Shown here piece by piece: positions 11,160-22,263 of a stretch of 27,834 nt of DNA. The DNA comes from Mantamonas sphyraenae STR306 (taxonomy: Eukaryota; Protista; CRuMs): assembly GCA_026936335.1 (NCBI GenBank), contig JAPMXV010000065.1, positions 1-27,834 of the forward strand, read 5' to 3'. Within the stretch, counting starts at the first letter, position 1, and each line of letters begins with the position of its first letter. Both the position numbers and the translations under genes were made by a program. The notes below the pieces were generated by a model that was not told the DNA's origin, made no database searches, and saw only the letters and a program-made list of their open reading frames with translations.

Positions 11160-12572
11160 ATGGTTCACCCGTTCCGCACCCTGAACGACACCCACGAGCA
11201 GTCGATCGTTGGCACGCCGCCACGTGTCAACGACACAACCATCCAATTCAACGAGAGCACAATGGAATTGGACAACACCAGCGCCACGCCGATCGCGCGC
11301 ACGCCTCTGAAGATGTCGAATCTCAAGAACCAGACCAACATCTTGGTGTCGCCCACGCCAGGGGCCAAGAAGAAGTATGGCACCACTGCAAAGGTGGTGC
11401 TCAGCCCCATCAAAGAGCCCTTCATGGTGGAGAGCACGCCGTCGCCAAACGCCCTGGCTGGCCACCGCAAGACGGTCAAGGCCGCCGTCACGGACAAGCT
11501 GCAGGACATGGACAAGGAGAACGGCGCCGAGAACAAGGCCACTCCCGTGCAGAACAAGAGCAGCGTCAGCAAGCAGCTCAACGTGAACGATAGCACAACA
11601 CACACCGTGTTTGTCACGCCTGCCAAGGTGAGTGCGATGCCCGGTCGCCGTACGTCAGGACCCCGCAAAGAGAGAGCCGTTTCGGAATGGCGCGCTCGCG
11701 TGGAAAAATCCGTGTGTGCCGCACTCTCACTGCTGACACTCTAAAAAAACACCAAAACACAGACGCAGGATTCGGTGGAGGCAGATGGAACACCCAACTC
11801 ACACAACGAAAGTGTGCTGCGTGTGGAGAATATGATGCTGGAGTCGACGGTGGCGTTGCAGAAGCAGCACATTGCCGAGCTGACCCAGGTGGTGCACAAC
11901 CAACGCATGCACGCAAGCCCCGAGGAGGCAGAGCAGGCCATGAAGTCGCTGAACGACTCCAGCAGGTCTCAGGACGCTCTGAACCGCTCGTACGAATTGC
12001 TGGACTCGTTTGCCATGGCCACAGGCGGAGCCAACAGCGCCGATCTGGATCTGGAGTACGACGAGCACAACCCGGCTGACCACGATGACGATCTCAAGAC
12101 ACCTGCGTATGCACCAACCAAGGTGCAGTCGCTCATTCGCAAGGCCACGTCGTCAGCGTCCTCCATGGGCTCGCATGCGTCGCGTACGAGCCAGAGCAGC
12201 AGCGGAAGCGAAGGAGGAGGAGCACAACATTTGCTGCGTACGGTGTCACGCACAGCCGCCACCAAAAGTGTGGTTGGAGGCATGCGTTCCCAGGGCAAGG
12301 GAAAGGGCAAGGGTCCTCTCTCGGCTTCCACACCCTCGCGTCCCCTGGATGGCGTCGACGAGGACAGTCTCACCACCGATCTCGACGAGTCGCTGGTGGA
12401 ACCCATGATGACACTCGTGGGGGTGCCCCGCATGGGCGAAGTGCGTGGCATTCTGCGACGTATCGATCCTGTTCAGATGGTCCTCTTTGTGTTTATTATC
12501 ATCTCGTTGGCCCTGGTGCTGCTTGTGCACCAGGCCAACCGCCATCGGCCGCGGTTCCGTCCGCCGGCGTGA
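11160..12572 (+). CDS. Low-complexity/coiled-coil tail-anchored membrane protein (KASH-like C-terminus)
   Basis: Exons 11160-11627 and 11769-12572; phase-0 intron GTGAGT...GCTGAC...GCAG. Single C-terminal hydrophobic helix MVLFVFIIISLALVLLV followed by HQANRHRPRFRPPA-stop. Confidence 0.75.
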
Positions 12573-12646
12573 AAAGGCAGGCACAATGAAGTGTGTCTCT
12601 TTTTCTCGCTTTTCCTTGTTGGATGCACACCACGCACAAGCCATGC

Positions 12647-13121
12647 TTAGAAGCGCTTGCGCAGGTCGGTCACCGACGAGTAGGAGAGGAACACAGACGG
12701 CAGGGTTGCGCTCAGCACATAGTTGTACTCGGGCGACAGGCCCGAAAACACCATAAAGGCAAGCAGCACCAGAGCCAGCAGATACACTGCGTTGTTGTAC
12801 AGAATGCTAAAGGCGGAGGCCTCCGCTGCCGTCACTGAGGCCTGGCCGTCCTGCACCGCCTTCTTCTCGGCCTTTGTCAGTTTCTTGCCGCCGTTGATTT
12901 GGCCACTGCGCGAGTTCTGCAGCCTGCGTATGGCCACACGTCCGTTTCTCTGCGTCAGCCGTATGTCCATGTGTCCTCTACACACAGCGTCTCTCCTTCT
13001 CCTGCCACCCTGCTTCGGCTACACCCGTCCCTCCTCGTCCCAGACCCTCCAGAGGACATGCACGGCCCTCTCGCTCGTCCACGTCACTTTGTCCCTCGGC
13101 CCTTCCCCACGCACACACTCT

Positions 13122-13154
<33 letters not shown>

Positions 13155-13389
13155 CTCCCATCTGCTGTCACTCCCTCCTATCCATTCATCTCTCCCACAC
13201 CTACCTCAGCTCGATGGCGTAGGCCACGTTGCGGTACGCAAACGTGAGCACAATCGCGCTCACCAGCGTCACGCTGCCGAACAGCTCTGGCTGCGCCGCA
13301 ATGTTCAGCCCAAAGATGCTCGTGTACAGGTACAGAGGCACCGCAGTGGCAAACAAAGCGGACATAAAGTACGCAAGCGAATCCAACAT
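12647..13389 (-). CDS. SSR3: Translocon-associated protein gamma subunit
   Basis: Exons 13389-13205 and 12923-12647 (intron GTAGGT...GCTGAC...CGCAG). Four hydrophobic segments; motifs VPLYLY, FAYRNV, EASAFSILYNN, PEYNYVLS. Confidence 0.88.
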
Positions 13390-13451
13390 GGCAGAAAACG
13401 GCTGTGTTTTTTCGTTTGCGTTGGCTTGCCATTCGCATCTCCAATCCACGC

Positions 13452-16400
13452 TCACATGGCCAGCAACTCATCCAAAAAGTCGTCCATGTCTTCGCTGTTC
13501 AGCGACTCCAAATCGTCGCCGTCGTCATTGTCTGTGCCTGCCTGCGTCCCCGTCTTGAGCGCTGGTGTGCTTCCCTGCTGCGCTCCCACCCCGCGCCCTC
13601 CCAAAGGCGACCCGGCTGCTGCACCCACGCGTCCATTGTTGCCATTGCTACCCAAGGCCACCCCTGCAGCCGCTCCTCCTGCAGCTCCTTTCGTCGCCCA
13701 CGACTGCGGCCTTCCAAATCCGCTCCCCATTGCCGCTCCGCCTCCGTGTTGGGTCGCAAACCCGTTGCTGCTCCCGTTTGCCTGGCCCTGTGTTTCCTTG
13801 TCTTTGCCTTTGCCCTTGGCATCTGCTTGCTTGCCCTCTTTCTGTTGCTGCTTCGTCTGCTGCTCGTCCTCGTCCTCGTCCTCTTCCTCGTCCGACTCCC
13901 ATGCGTCCATCACACTCTCCAGACCAAAGTCAATCTCCCGTCGTGTCGGCTTCTGTGCCTCTGCCTCTGCTTGTGCTTTCTTCCTCCTCTCCTCCTCCTC
14001 CTGCTGTTGCTGTTGCTCCTTCTGCTTCTGTTTCTCCCTCTGCTCGGCGTTCGCTTCGGCTGCGCGTGTGCTGCTGCTGCTTCTTGCGTTTCGCTTTTCC
14101 ACGCTTTCCACCGTCTCCACCACTCGCCCAGCCTCCTCCTCAGCCTCCTCCTCCTCTTCCTCCTCCTCGCTTTCACTCTCGCTTTCCACTGCCATGTGCG
14201 ACAGCATCTCCTGCAGGCCCTCCACCAACGGCACCAGTTTGTCGCCGTTCAACCCGTGTGCAGACACAAAGTTCTCCGCCACAATCTCGGCGTCGTCGCC
14301 ACGGTACATCTTGAGCCGCCCGCTACGCCCGCCGCCAATCTTGACGTCCATGTAAAACAGCAGCTGCTTCTTGCTGCGTGCCTCCGCCACCGACGCCGGC
14401 GTGTCCACCTCTGCAGACGACGGTGTTCCTCTGGGTGTTTGCGTCTGCTTCCTGTTCTTGCCTTGCACACGGTCGCCCATGTTCAGATGCTTCGAGTGGC
14501 TGCTGATTGAAAAGTCCATGCGTGGTCCTTCGTCCACCTCGTACTCCTTTGCCATCGACGCCATACGCTTCTTCTGCGCCTTCTTCACCCTGCGCACACT
14601 CTTGTCGAACCCTTTCACCTCCACAGGCTTGTTCTTCTTTCCCTTCTTCCCGCTGCTCTTGGGTCGCCGCCTGCTCACCAGCTGCGGTTTGAACGTGCTC
14701 TCTCGCTCGTCTTCCCGCTCCCGCTCGCTCTTATACTTGTCCGTGCGCTCCAGCTTCTTCCGCGGTGTACCCAGCCTTGTGATCACATCCTCCTTCATCT
14801 TCACCTCTCGTGTCACCTTGCTCTTCTGCAGCTTCGGCTGGAACGTCAGTTCCGCGTCCATGTCCGCTCGGATGCGATCCGCTTTCTCCTTGAACTTGTC
14901 GTCCATCAGCCGCTGCCTCTCCACCAGAGTCTGTGCAATGTCCATGCCACTCTGCGTAAACTTGTCCTGACGCATGATTGCGAGCGACGACTCGTTCAGG
15001 TGTGGGTGGAACGTGTGCTCCTCCGTCAGCGGCTCCCGTATGTCCTCCCTCTTCTTCGGCTTCGTCAGCGGTTGGAACCGGTTTGTTTTCCACTCTTCGT
15101 AAAACGCACGTGCGTACTCGCGCATGCGCAGCCTGTGTGCTGCCCGCTCGCTTGACTCTGGGTCCAACATCGCTTCCACAACCTCCTCGTCCTCCTCGTC
15201 CTCCTCCCCGTCTTCGTTTGCCGTCTCTTGCTCCACCACCATGTTCAACAGTGCCACCACCCGCTGCACAGCAACCCGTTCCACGTCGTCGTCGTCGTCG
15301 TCGTCCTTGGCTTTCTGCTTCCTCTTGCCCTTGCCCTCTCCTTCGCCCCTATCATCTCTTTCTTCCTCCTCCACGTCTTCGTCTGCACCATTGCGTTCCT
15401 CTCGCAGCTCCGCCTGCCGAAGATCGTGCCACAAGCCGTCCAGAAGCGCCGTTTGCCGCTGCACCATTGCACTTTCCTTGGGTTGTTTCTCGAAATTCTC
15501 GTCCCAACGCACTCGCATGGTGCTGGTCGACACTACGCCCAGCTGTGCAAACACCTTTTCCATGGTCTGCTGCTCCATACGTCCGTCCAGGTCGCAATCC
15601 ATGGCCATGATTGTTTTCAGGATCATCTTTTCCTTTCGCTGCACCGCCAGCTTGGCCGACAGCGCGTTGAACTTTTGCTTGTTGGCCAACTCCTTGAGAC
15701 GTTCCTCTTCCGCAAGCAGCATGGCTTGCTTGCGTTCCTGCTGCGCCACTGCCTCGTCGTACAGTCTGCGCGTGGGTGTGCCGGGTGTCTTGCCACCACT
15801 TCCCGACAGCGATGCCATCGTCCCTGTCTTGCTGCTCTTGTCCACCAGTGCACGACGTTCCTCATCCTTGGCCTCCCTCTCCTTGCGTGCTGCCGTACGC
15901 GAGCTGCCACCCTTGTACAGCCGGTCAAACACGGGTTCGTTGGGCTTGAGCGACGCACTATACGAATGGATGGTGGGCTTTCCGGGCTCCCGTTCACGTC
16001 GCTCCTGCTCCAGCTTGGCCAGCCTGGCCTGGCGTCGCAGTGCGCTTGCGTTCTGCGACTGCTGCATCTGCGTCAAAAAGTCCCCCGAACGCTCCGTGCT
16101 GAAGCGGTACGAGTTGATTTTGGGCGAAAAGGTGAGTTCGTGCTCGTCCTTCTTTTCCCGTTCCTGCACCCAATGTTGCAGCCTGGCCTGGCGCTTCTCT
16201 GCCGCACGCACGGCTCGCTCGTACATGGTCTGCTCGTCCAGGTGCGGAAACGACTCCTTGGACAGGCTGATGTCCGGCTTGAATGAGTAGCTGCTCTCCA
16301 GCTGTTCCTTCATGGCCTGACTGCGTCTCAGTCTCTCCTCCTTCGCCTCTGCGCTGGCCTGGCCCTGAAGGTACAGCCATTCGCCATAGTTGGCAGGTCG

Positions 16401-17071
16401 CTCGGCCCCCTCGTCCTCGTCCGTCGAGTACATCTCCGACGACTCGTCATCCTCCACCATCTCCAACAGTCGGTCCAATCGGTCTTCCGAGGTTTCGCTG
16501 TGGAAGGACGACGACGACGCCTGGGAGAGCACGGAACGGCGTCGTCCCGCACGCGCCTCAACGGTGCCCTCTGGCTCGGCCTCCACGCCGCTATCCTGGC
16601 CGCCTGCTTGCTGGCTGTCCTCATCCCAGCTGCCCGACTTGTCCATGCTGCCCTTGCGTCCGTAATCCCTCGACCCACGCTCGTCAGCCTCACTGTGGGC
16701 GGCTCCGTCGCGAAAAGGTCCACCGAGGAGCGTTTGGGACGCGTGCCGCTGCGCATCAGCTCGTCGTCCTCGTCCAGTGCCGTCTGCATGGTCGTGCGGA
16801 ACTCTTGGTACTTGCCACTGGCCAGCATCTTTTGCATGCGCAGCGTCAGTCTGTCCACGGCGCTTGCATTCCCGCCGTCTGCGCCCTCGGGTTTCTCATC
16901 CGTTTCGTCGTCTGCTTCGCCGACGCTTTGCTGCTGCTGCTGCTGCTCCTCCTGCTGCTGCTCCTCCTCGGCCAGGCGATCCGAACCCAGGTAGGCCTCT
17001 GTTTCCTCGTCCCCGTCACTGTCGTCCATGTGCGGTGGCGGTGGTGGCGACGGTGATCTGCTGTTGCTCAT
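13452..17071 (-). CDS. Large (~1200 aa) uncharacterised coiled-coil protein with repeated [TS]FxPx[IL] and RLY motifs
   Basis: ORF 16646-13452 joins the upstream ORF (ATG 17071 or 17029) across an apparent 1-nt break at 16667-16669. Repeats: SFKPDI, TFSPKI, TFHPHL, TFQPKL, TFKPQL, FDRLY, RRLY. Confidence 0.75.
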
Positions 17072-17129
17072 CGCAGATGATGATGCAACGGTTTCGCTTT
17101 GCCGGGCTGCGCGCCTCCCAACGCACGCA

Positions 17130-18465
17130 ATGTCCCATTTGCTGGCCACCAACTTTTCTGGCAGTGGCAACTCGCTGCTGGGCCAGGATGCGTTTGCCAT
17201 GGACGAACCCAGTCTGCCCACAGTGCACAAGGGCGCCGATCCGCTCCTGGCTGCGATCCGCTTCGAGTTTGTCGTCCACAGCGCACGCATGAAGGAACAG
17301 ATGAATGCCGCGGGCTTTGGCGACGTGGACAACGTCAGCGTGCGTGTGGGCACCATGTTTGACGGACCCGACGCAGACTGTGCCGTGCTGCTCAGCGGCA
17401 ACAGCTTTGGCTACCTGAACGGCGGCCAAGACCTGACCCTGGTCCAGCAGTTTGGCTGGGAGCTTCAGACAGCCCTTCAGAAACGCATCTGTGACGACTA
17501 CGACGGCGAACTCATTGTGGGCGAGTGCTGCCTGCTCGAGGTATGTGTGTGTGTGTGTGTGTGTGTGTGTCAGGGGGGTTTGAAGGAGGGGAGGAGCGCG
17601 CATGATTTCGTCGATTGGTGTTTTCGGAGGCCGGGAGCTCACGCGCGCCGTGGATGCACACACACGCACACAGACGGGCAATGAACACTCGGAAAGCATT
17701 CCGTATGTGATTGTGGCACCGATCATGCGCATCCCAAGCAACATTGAGCAGACAACCAATGTGCAGAGTGCACTGCGTGCTGTGCTGCGTCTTTTGCGCA
17801 GCCACAACGCCATGACGGGAGGGCAGCAGGTGAAAAAGGTGTCGTTGAACCCATCGGCACTGACCATTGTGTATGACGACGACCACGGGCTGACCACGGA
17901 TGAGGATGACGACGACGAGGCAGACATGCTCGGCTATGTCCGGTCGCGGTACAGCGAAGACGGGGCAGAGGATGAGGAGGAGGATGAGGTGGTGGAGGAG
18001 CAGGCAAAGGACAATGGTGCCGCCAACAGCAACAACACACAAGAAGGCCGTAGCACGGTCAGCACGGGCCCAGGGTCGACGGAGAAGGAACAGCGCGTGC
18101 TGAGCACAGACTCGACAGACGCCGAAGACACAAACGGCGAGGATGACGAGGAAGAGGATGGAGAGACAGATGAGCAGGCGATTGGGCGCATGTATGTTCG
18201 GTACACACAGCGTGGGCAACGGTACGGGTTGCTGCTTCCTGGCGGTGGCTCTGTGGGCCAGATGATCCGTCGTGTGGTCATCCGTGTGCCCCAGGAGGGT
18301 GGTTTGCCACCACGAAAGGTGTGCAAGCAGCTGTGGTCTGCCTTTTCCAGGGTGGCTTTGGGCGACACCTTTCCCTTTGAGTCGCTCGTCGAGGTCGTCG
18401 ACGACCATCGCAAGCTGGTCAAACGCAAGGTTGCGTCCGAGTCTGCATCCAAGGCTTCCACGTGA
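17130..18465 (+). CDS. Macro-domain (ADP-ribose binding/processing-like) protein with an acidic insertion
   Basis: Exons 17130-17540 and 17674-18465 (intron GTATGT-(TG)n...GCTCAC...ACAG). Motifs GNSFGYLNGGQD, GELIVG, YVIVAPIMRIP and CKQLWSAF. Confidence 0.75.
17544..17570. repeat. (TG)n microsatellite at the 5' end of an intron
   Basis: Direct reading. Similar CA/TG tracts lie in introns at about 8726-8757, 13125-13154 and 24958-24973. Confidence 0.9.
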
Positions 18466-18607
18466 CACAACGTCGGTGCGGGACACTGGCAAGGGGAGTG
18501 AGTGGGAACGCGTTGCCGGCCCGGCCCAACCAAATCCACACGCTTTGAATCCCCCATCCATTCCATCTTCTTGAGGGACTTGTGACCCGTTTTGTGTGCA
18601 ATACAGG

Positions 18608-21080
18608 ATGAGTGTGAGTTGGTCGTGTGAGACAAGGGCTGCGAGGGGAGAGAGTCTCGAGCGGAGCGGATCACGGACGACAGCTGACACCCGAGTCGCA
18701 CCTTTTGCGCGCGCCCCGTACGCACAGCACAAGAAGCTATTGCTGAAGAAACTGAAGCAAAAGAGCGGCACGCCGTCTGAGCTGCCGCTGGAATCATCGG
18801 TGGGCTCCAACAGCAGTGATGGCACGCCCACCGCCGACAAGTTGCTGGCCAAGAAACGCGGCTTGTTTTCCCCTGGCCGTGAGTTTGTGTGCGAGGGGAG
18901 CTCTTGCGCGTGCATGCCCATTCCGTGCGAGTCCTGTGTGGCGTGGATGAGGTTACACAGGGCAACGATGTATGCTGGTGCCGTGCGTGCATGCGCATGG
19001 ACCCTGGCCCGCGCCTGGACGGCCCTTTGGCCGTGAAACGGCGCCGTGGTCTGGGCGTGCATTCCGTTTTGGTTCACGGAAAACGCCCCGCGGAACAGAA
19101 ATGTGTGTCGGCCACGGAACACAGAGGATCTAACCCTTGCAACGTACGCCATCGCACAGGATCCATCGCGTCGCCGTCGATGCACTCACCGAAGCTGCGC
19201 GATGACGACGTGAAAGTGGAAGAGGCGACTTTTTCCATTTCCATGGACGGCAACCTGTACAGTGCGCGCTCGAGGGCGCAGGACACGGACGACGACGCAG
19301 ACTCTGTGTCGTCCACCGAGTCGGTGGAGCCCGTGGAGAAGAAGAAGTATTCGTACAGGCAGGCGGCGCTGGAAAACGTGGAGTTGTACTGCTACTGCCG
19401 CAAACCTTATGACGACAAGGTGTTTATGATTGGGTGTGAACAGTGTGACGAATGGTACCACGGCGACTGTGTGGGCATCAGCGCGGCCGAGGCAGAGACG
19501 ATCGAGTCGTACGTGTGTCCCGAGTGCAAAAAGGGCACAAGCAAGAAGCGCAAGCGCAAGGAGGAGGAGGAGAACACATTTGAACTGGTGGAGGTCACGG
19601 GCAGCGATGACCACCACGGGCGCAAGGACAAGAAGAGGAAGAAGGAGAAGAAGGAGAAGCGAGAGAAGAAGAGAAGGAGCGCAGGGAACGGGAGAAGCGT
19701 GAGCAGCGGGAACGCGAACGCAGACGCAGCGAAGAGATGAGGCAGAAGCAAATGGCAGCGGCCACAGCGTCGTCGTCGTCTTCTTCTTCCTCCTCCTCGT
19801 CGTTGTCGGCATCAGCAGCGAGCAAGAAGGAGGGCAAGGAGGTGTCGAAGAACACGGGATCGTCTTTGTCGTCGTCGTCAGCGACGTCGTCATCATCGGC
19901 GGCAGCTGCGGCAGCCATGCGCATTGCCACATCCAAGCCCAGCGTGCGCAACGTGCCCGTGGACACGAACATGAATCTGGAGGAACTGCGGCAGGTGCAG
20001 CCGCAGTATGTGCAATTCAACTACCCGGATCCGCTTGAGCGCGGAACGGCACTGAGGGCCACCAAGGTGGTGGTGCCCACCGTGGAGAGCCAGCAGGCAG
20101 GGCGCAAGTGCGCAGATGAGGACTGCAGCAACCCTGCGCGACGAGGCAGCAAGTACTGCAGCGACTACTGTGGCGTCAAGGTGAACCAAGAGTTTTTGCT
20201 GCACAAACTGGGCAAAAAGGTGCAGGAACAGTGGCAGCAGCGGTCGCAGGAGCTGAAGCAGGAACGCGAGTCGGACCTCTTGAACCAAAAGGGTGCCCCG
20301 GGTCTGTATGAACGTGTGCAGGAGCTGAAGAGCAAGCACGGAAAGGCGTTGGAGCAGCTGGAGAGCACACAAGGTAGGAGCGGCCAGAGCCTGGTGGTGG
20401 TGAAGCCATGAAGGGCAGTTGGGGGGGGGAAGGGGGGGGGGTGAATGAAACTGACATTCAGCGAGTTTGTGATTGTGTGTAGAGCTGTACAAGCAGGTGC
20501 AGACGGCGATCGAGGTGGCAGAAACACTGCAGGTGGGAGACCAGAACGACGAAGGAGAGGCGGGCGAAGGCAGCAGTGGCACGGGTGGCAACAAGCAGAC
20601 CAAAAAGAGAAAGGATCAGCAGCAGCTGCAGTGTGCGCTGTGCCATAGCTGGGTCAACGTGCGCACGCTGGCGGATCACATGACCAAGTGTGTGACACGC
20701 GCAGAAAAGTCGCTGGACGAGTATGCGTTGACACCTGTGATGGTGAACAACCAGGTGGTGCCCAGTGTGTTTTGCGACACACTGGACCCGCGACACGCAA
20801 GTACTGCCGCAAGATGGCGGCGACATGCCCGTACCATCACAAGAAGGGCTCGTTGCGAAGCAATCACCCGGGGGCCATGTGCGCATACCCGTACGCCCTG
20901 TTGGGGCCTGGCGACGACAGCAAGAAGGGCCAGCTGTGTCAGAGCTCCCGCAAGGAGTGCGTGCTGCACGCAGACTGGGAGCGCACGCTATTGGACGAGG
21001 CAATGCAGCGACAGAGAGCCGCACAGTATGAAGTGACCATGCTCAAGTCGCTCATGGACGAGGAGATGTCTGTGCAGTGA
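18608..21080 (+). CDS. CXXC1: COMPASS PHD-finger subunit CXXC1/Cfp1/Spp1
   Basis: Predicted introns 18614-18727, 18879-19159 and 20374-20482. PHD finger YCYCRKPYD...MIGCEQCDEWYHGDC...CPEC; SKYCSDYCG; C-terminal FCD...YCRK...CPYH and C..H..WE. Apparent 1-nt frame breaks at about 19671 and 20787-20789. Confidence 0.85.
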
Positions 21081-21143
21081 ACGAGACGAAAATGAAATCC
21101 AGGGCACGCAGAGGCGGGGCCACTGGAACGCAAAACCGAACAC

Positions 21144-21683
21144 ATGTCGACCACCGAAGAAACCAAGGCCGCCGAGACCAGCACGGAAGAGGTGCAGGAC
21201 ACGCGCAAGATTTCGCCGCTTGCATGCATTGCAGATGACGTGAAGATTGGACAGGGAACGCGTGTGAGCCCGTTCACGAACCTGTACGGCTGCACAATTG
21301 GCGAGGACTGCATGATTGGCGCCATGGTGGAGATCCAACGAGACGTGACTGTGGGAGACCGCTCGCGAGTTCAGTCGCACACGTTCATGTGCTCTGGCAT
21401 CACGGTGGAGGAGGACGTGTTTATCGGCCACGGCGTGATGTTTGTGAACGACAGGCACCCGACGGTGGAGGCTACGCTGGCCGGCACCTGGACGCAGGAG
21501 GACACGGTGCTGAAGAAGGGCTGCTCCATCGGCACAGGTGCCATCATCTTTGGCGGTCTGACCATCGGCGAGAACGCAGTCATTGGCGCTGGCGCCGTTG
21601 TGCTCAAGAGCGTGGGCGACAACGAAACGGTGGTCGGGGTTCCCGCCCGTCTGGTTGGAGGCAAGAAGAGCGCGGAGGAGTGA
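21144..21683 (+). CDS. Left-handed beta-helix (hexapeptide) acyltransferase, bacterial WxcM/WbpD-like
   Basis: Intronless 179 aa; NLYGCTIG...IGAMVEIQ...SHTFMCSGITVEEDVFIGHGVMFVND...GAGAVV...VVGVPAR. Confidence 0.9.
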   Translation: MSTTEETKAAETSTEEVQDTRKISPLACIADDVKIGQGTRVSPFTNLYGCTIGEDCMIGAMVEIQRDVTVGDRSRVQSHTFMCSGITVEEDVFIGHGVMFVNDRHPTVEATLAGTWTQEDTVLKKGCSIGTGAIIFGGLTIGENAVIGAGAVVLKSVGDNETVVGVPARLVGGKKSAEE

Positions 21684-22263
21684 CGACGTCCACTCGGCCG
21701 TCCCATTATCTGTGATGAACACGATCTGGCTCGCAATTGAGCCTTTGCACTGTCTCTACCCCATCTTCTGTGTAGTTGTCAAGGCCCAAAAGGGCTACGC
21801 GTTGTGTTCCTGGAGTAGTGGCGGCGCAAGCCTGATCCAGTGTGCTGCGGGTGCGTATGGAGCGTCATGTTGTTGCAATCTGCATTGCATGGAGTGAATG
21901 TGGTTGTTGGAGTGAAGCGCCACCTGGGAGAGGCAATGGAGAGGCAGGGAACCGTCGCCACGGACACGGTGCGTAGCCGATGCCACTGTGGACGACAGCT
22001 GTGGCCATGGATGTCACCTCGAATGCAACATTGGGTGACAAAGGGAAATCCTCGTTCGGATTCGGAATGATCGCTATGGATAGCAAACTGGGCGCCCAGT
22101 GGGTGTTCTTGGGAGCCGGGTTGCGGGTCTCTCGCACCCAAAACACACACACTCACAGTGAGTGGTGTCGTGGCTCAGAGGGCAGTGGGGGGGGGCGACA
22201 ATGGATTGGGGCGGCATGGGATGTGAGCGTTGACAAGGTGTGCCCGGTTGGAGACAAGACAAC

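Noticed and set aside
12924-12985. Upstream TAG acceptor at 12978 for SSR3
   Set aside because: The acceptor at 12924 has a GCTGAC branch site and gives better collinearity with TRAP-gamma (AYRNV...LRLQNSR).
21825-21865. CCTGATCCAG resembling part of a TPP riboswitch
   Set aside because: The CUGAGA junction and the P5 loop consensus are missing.
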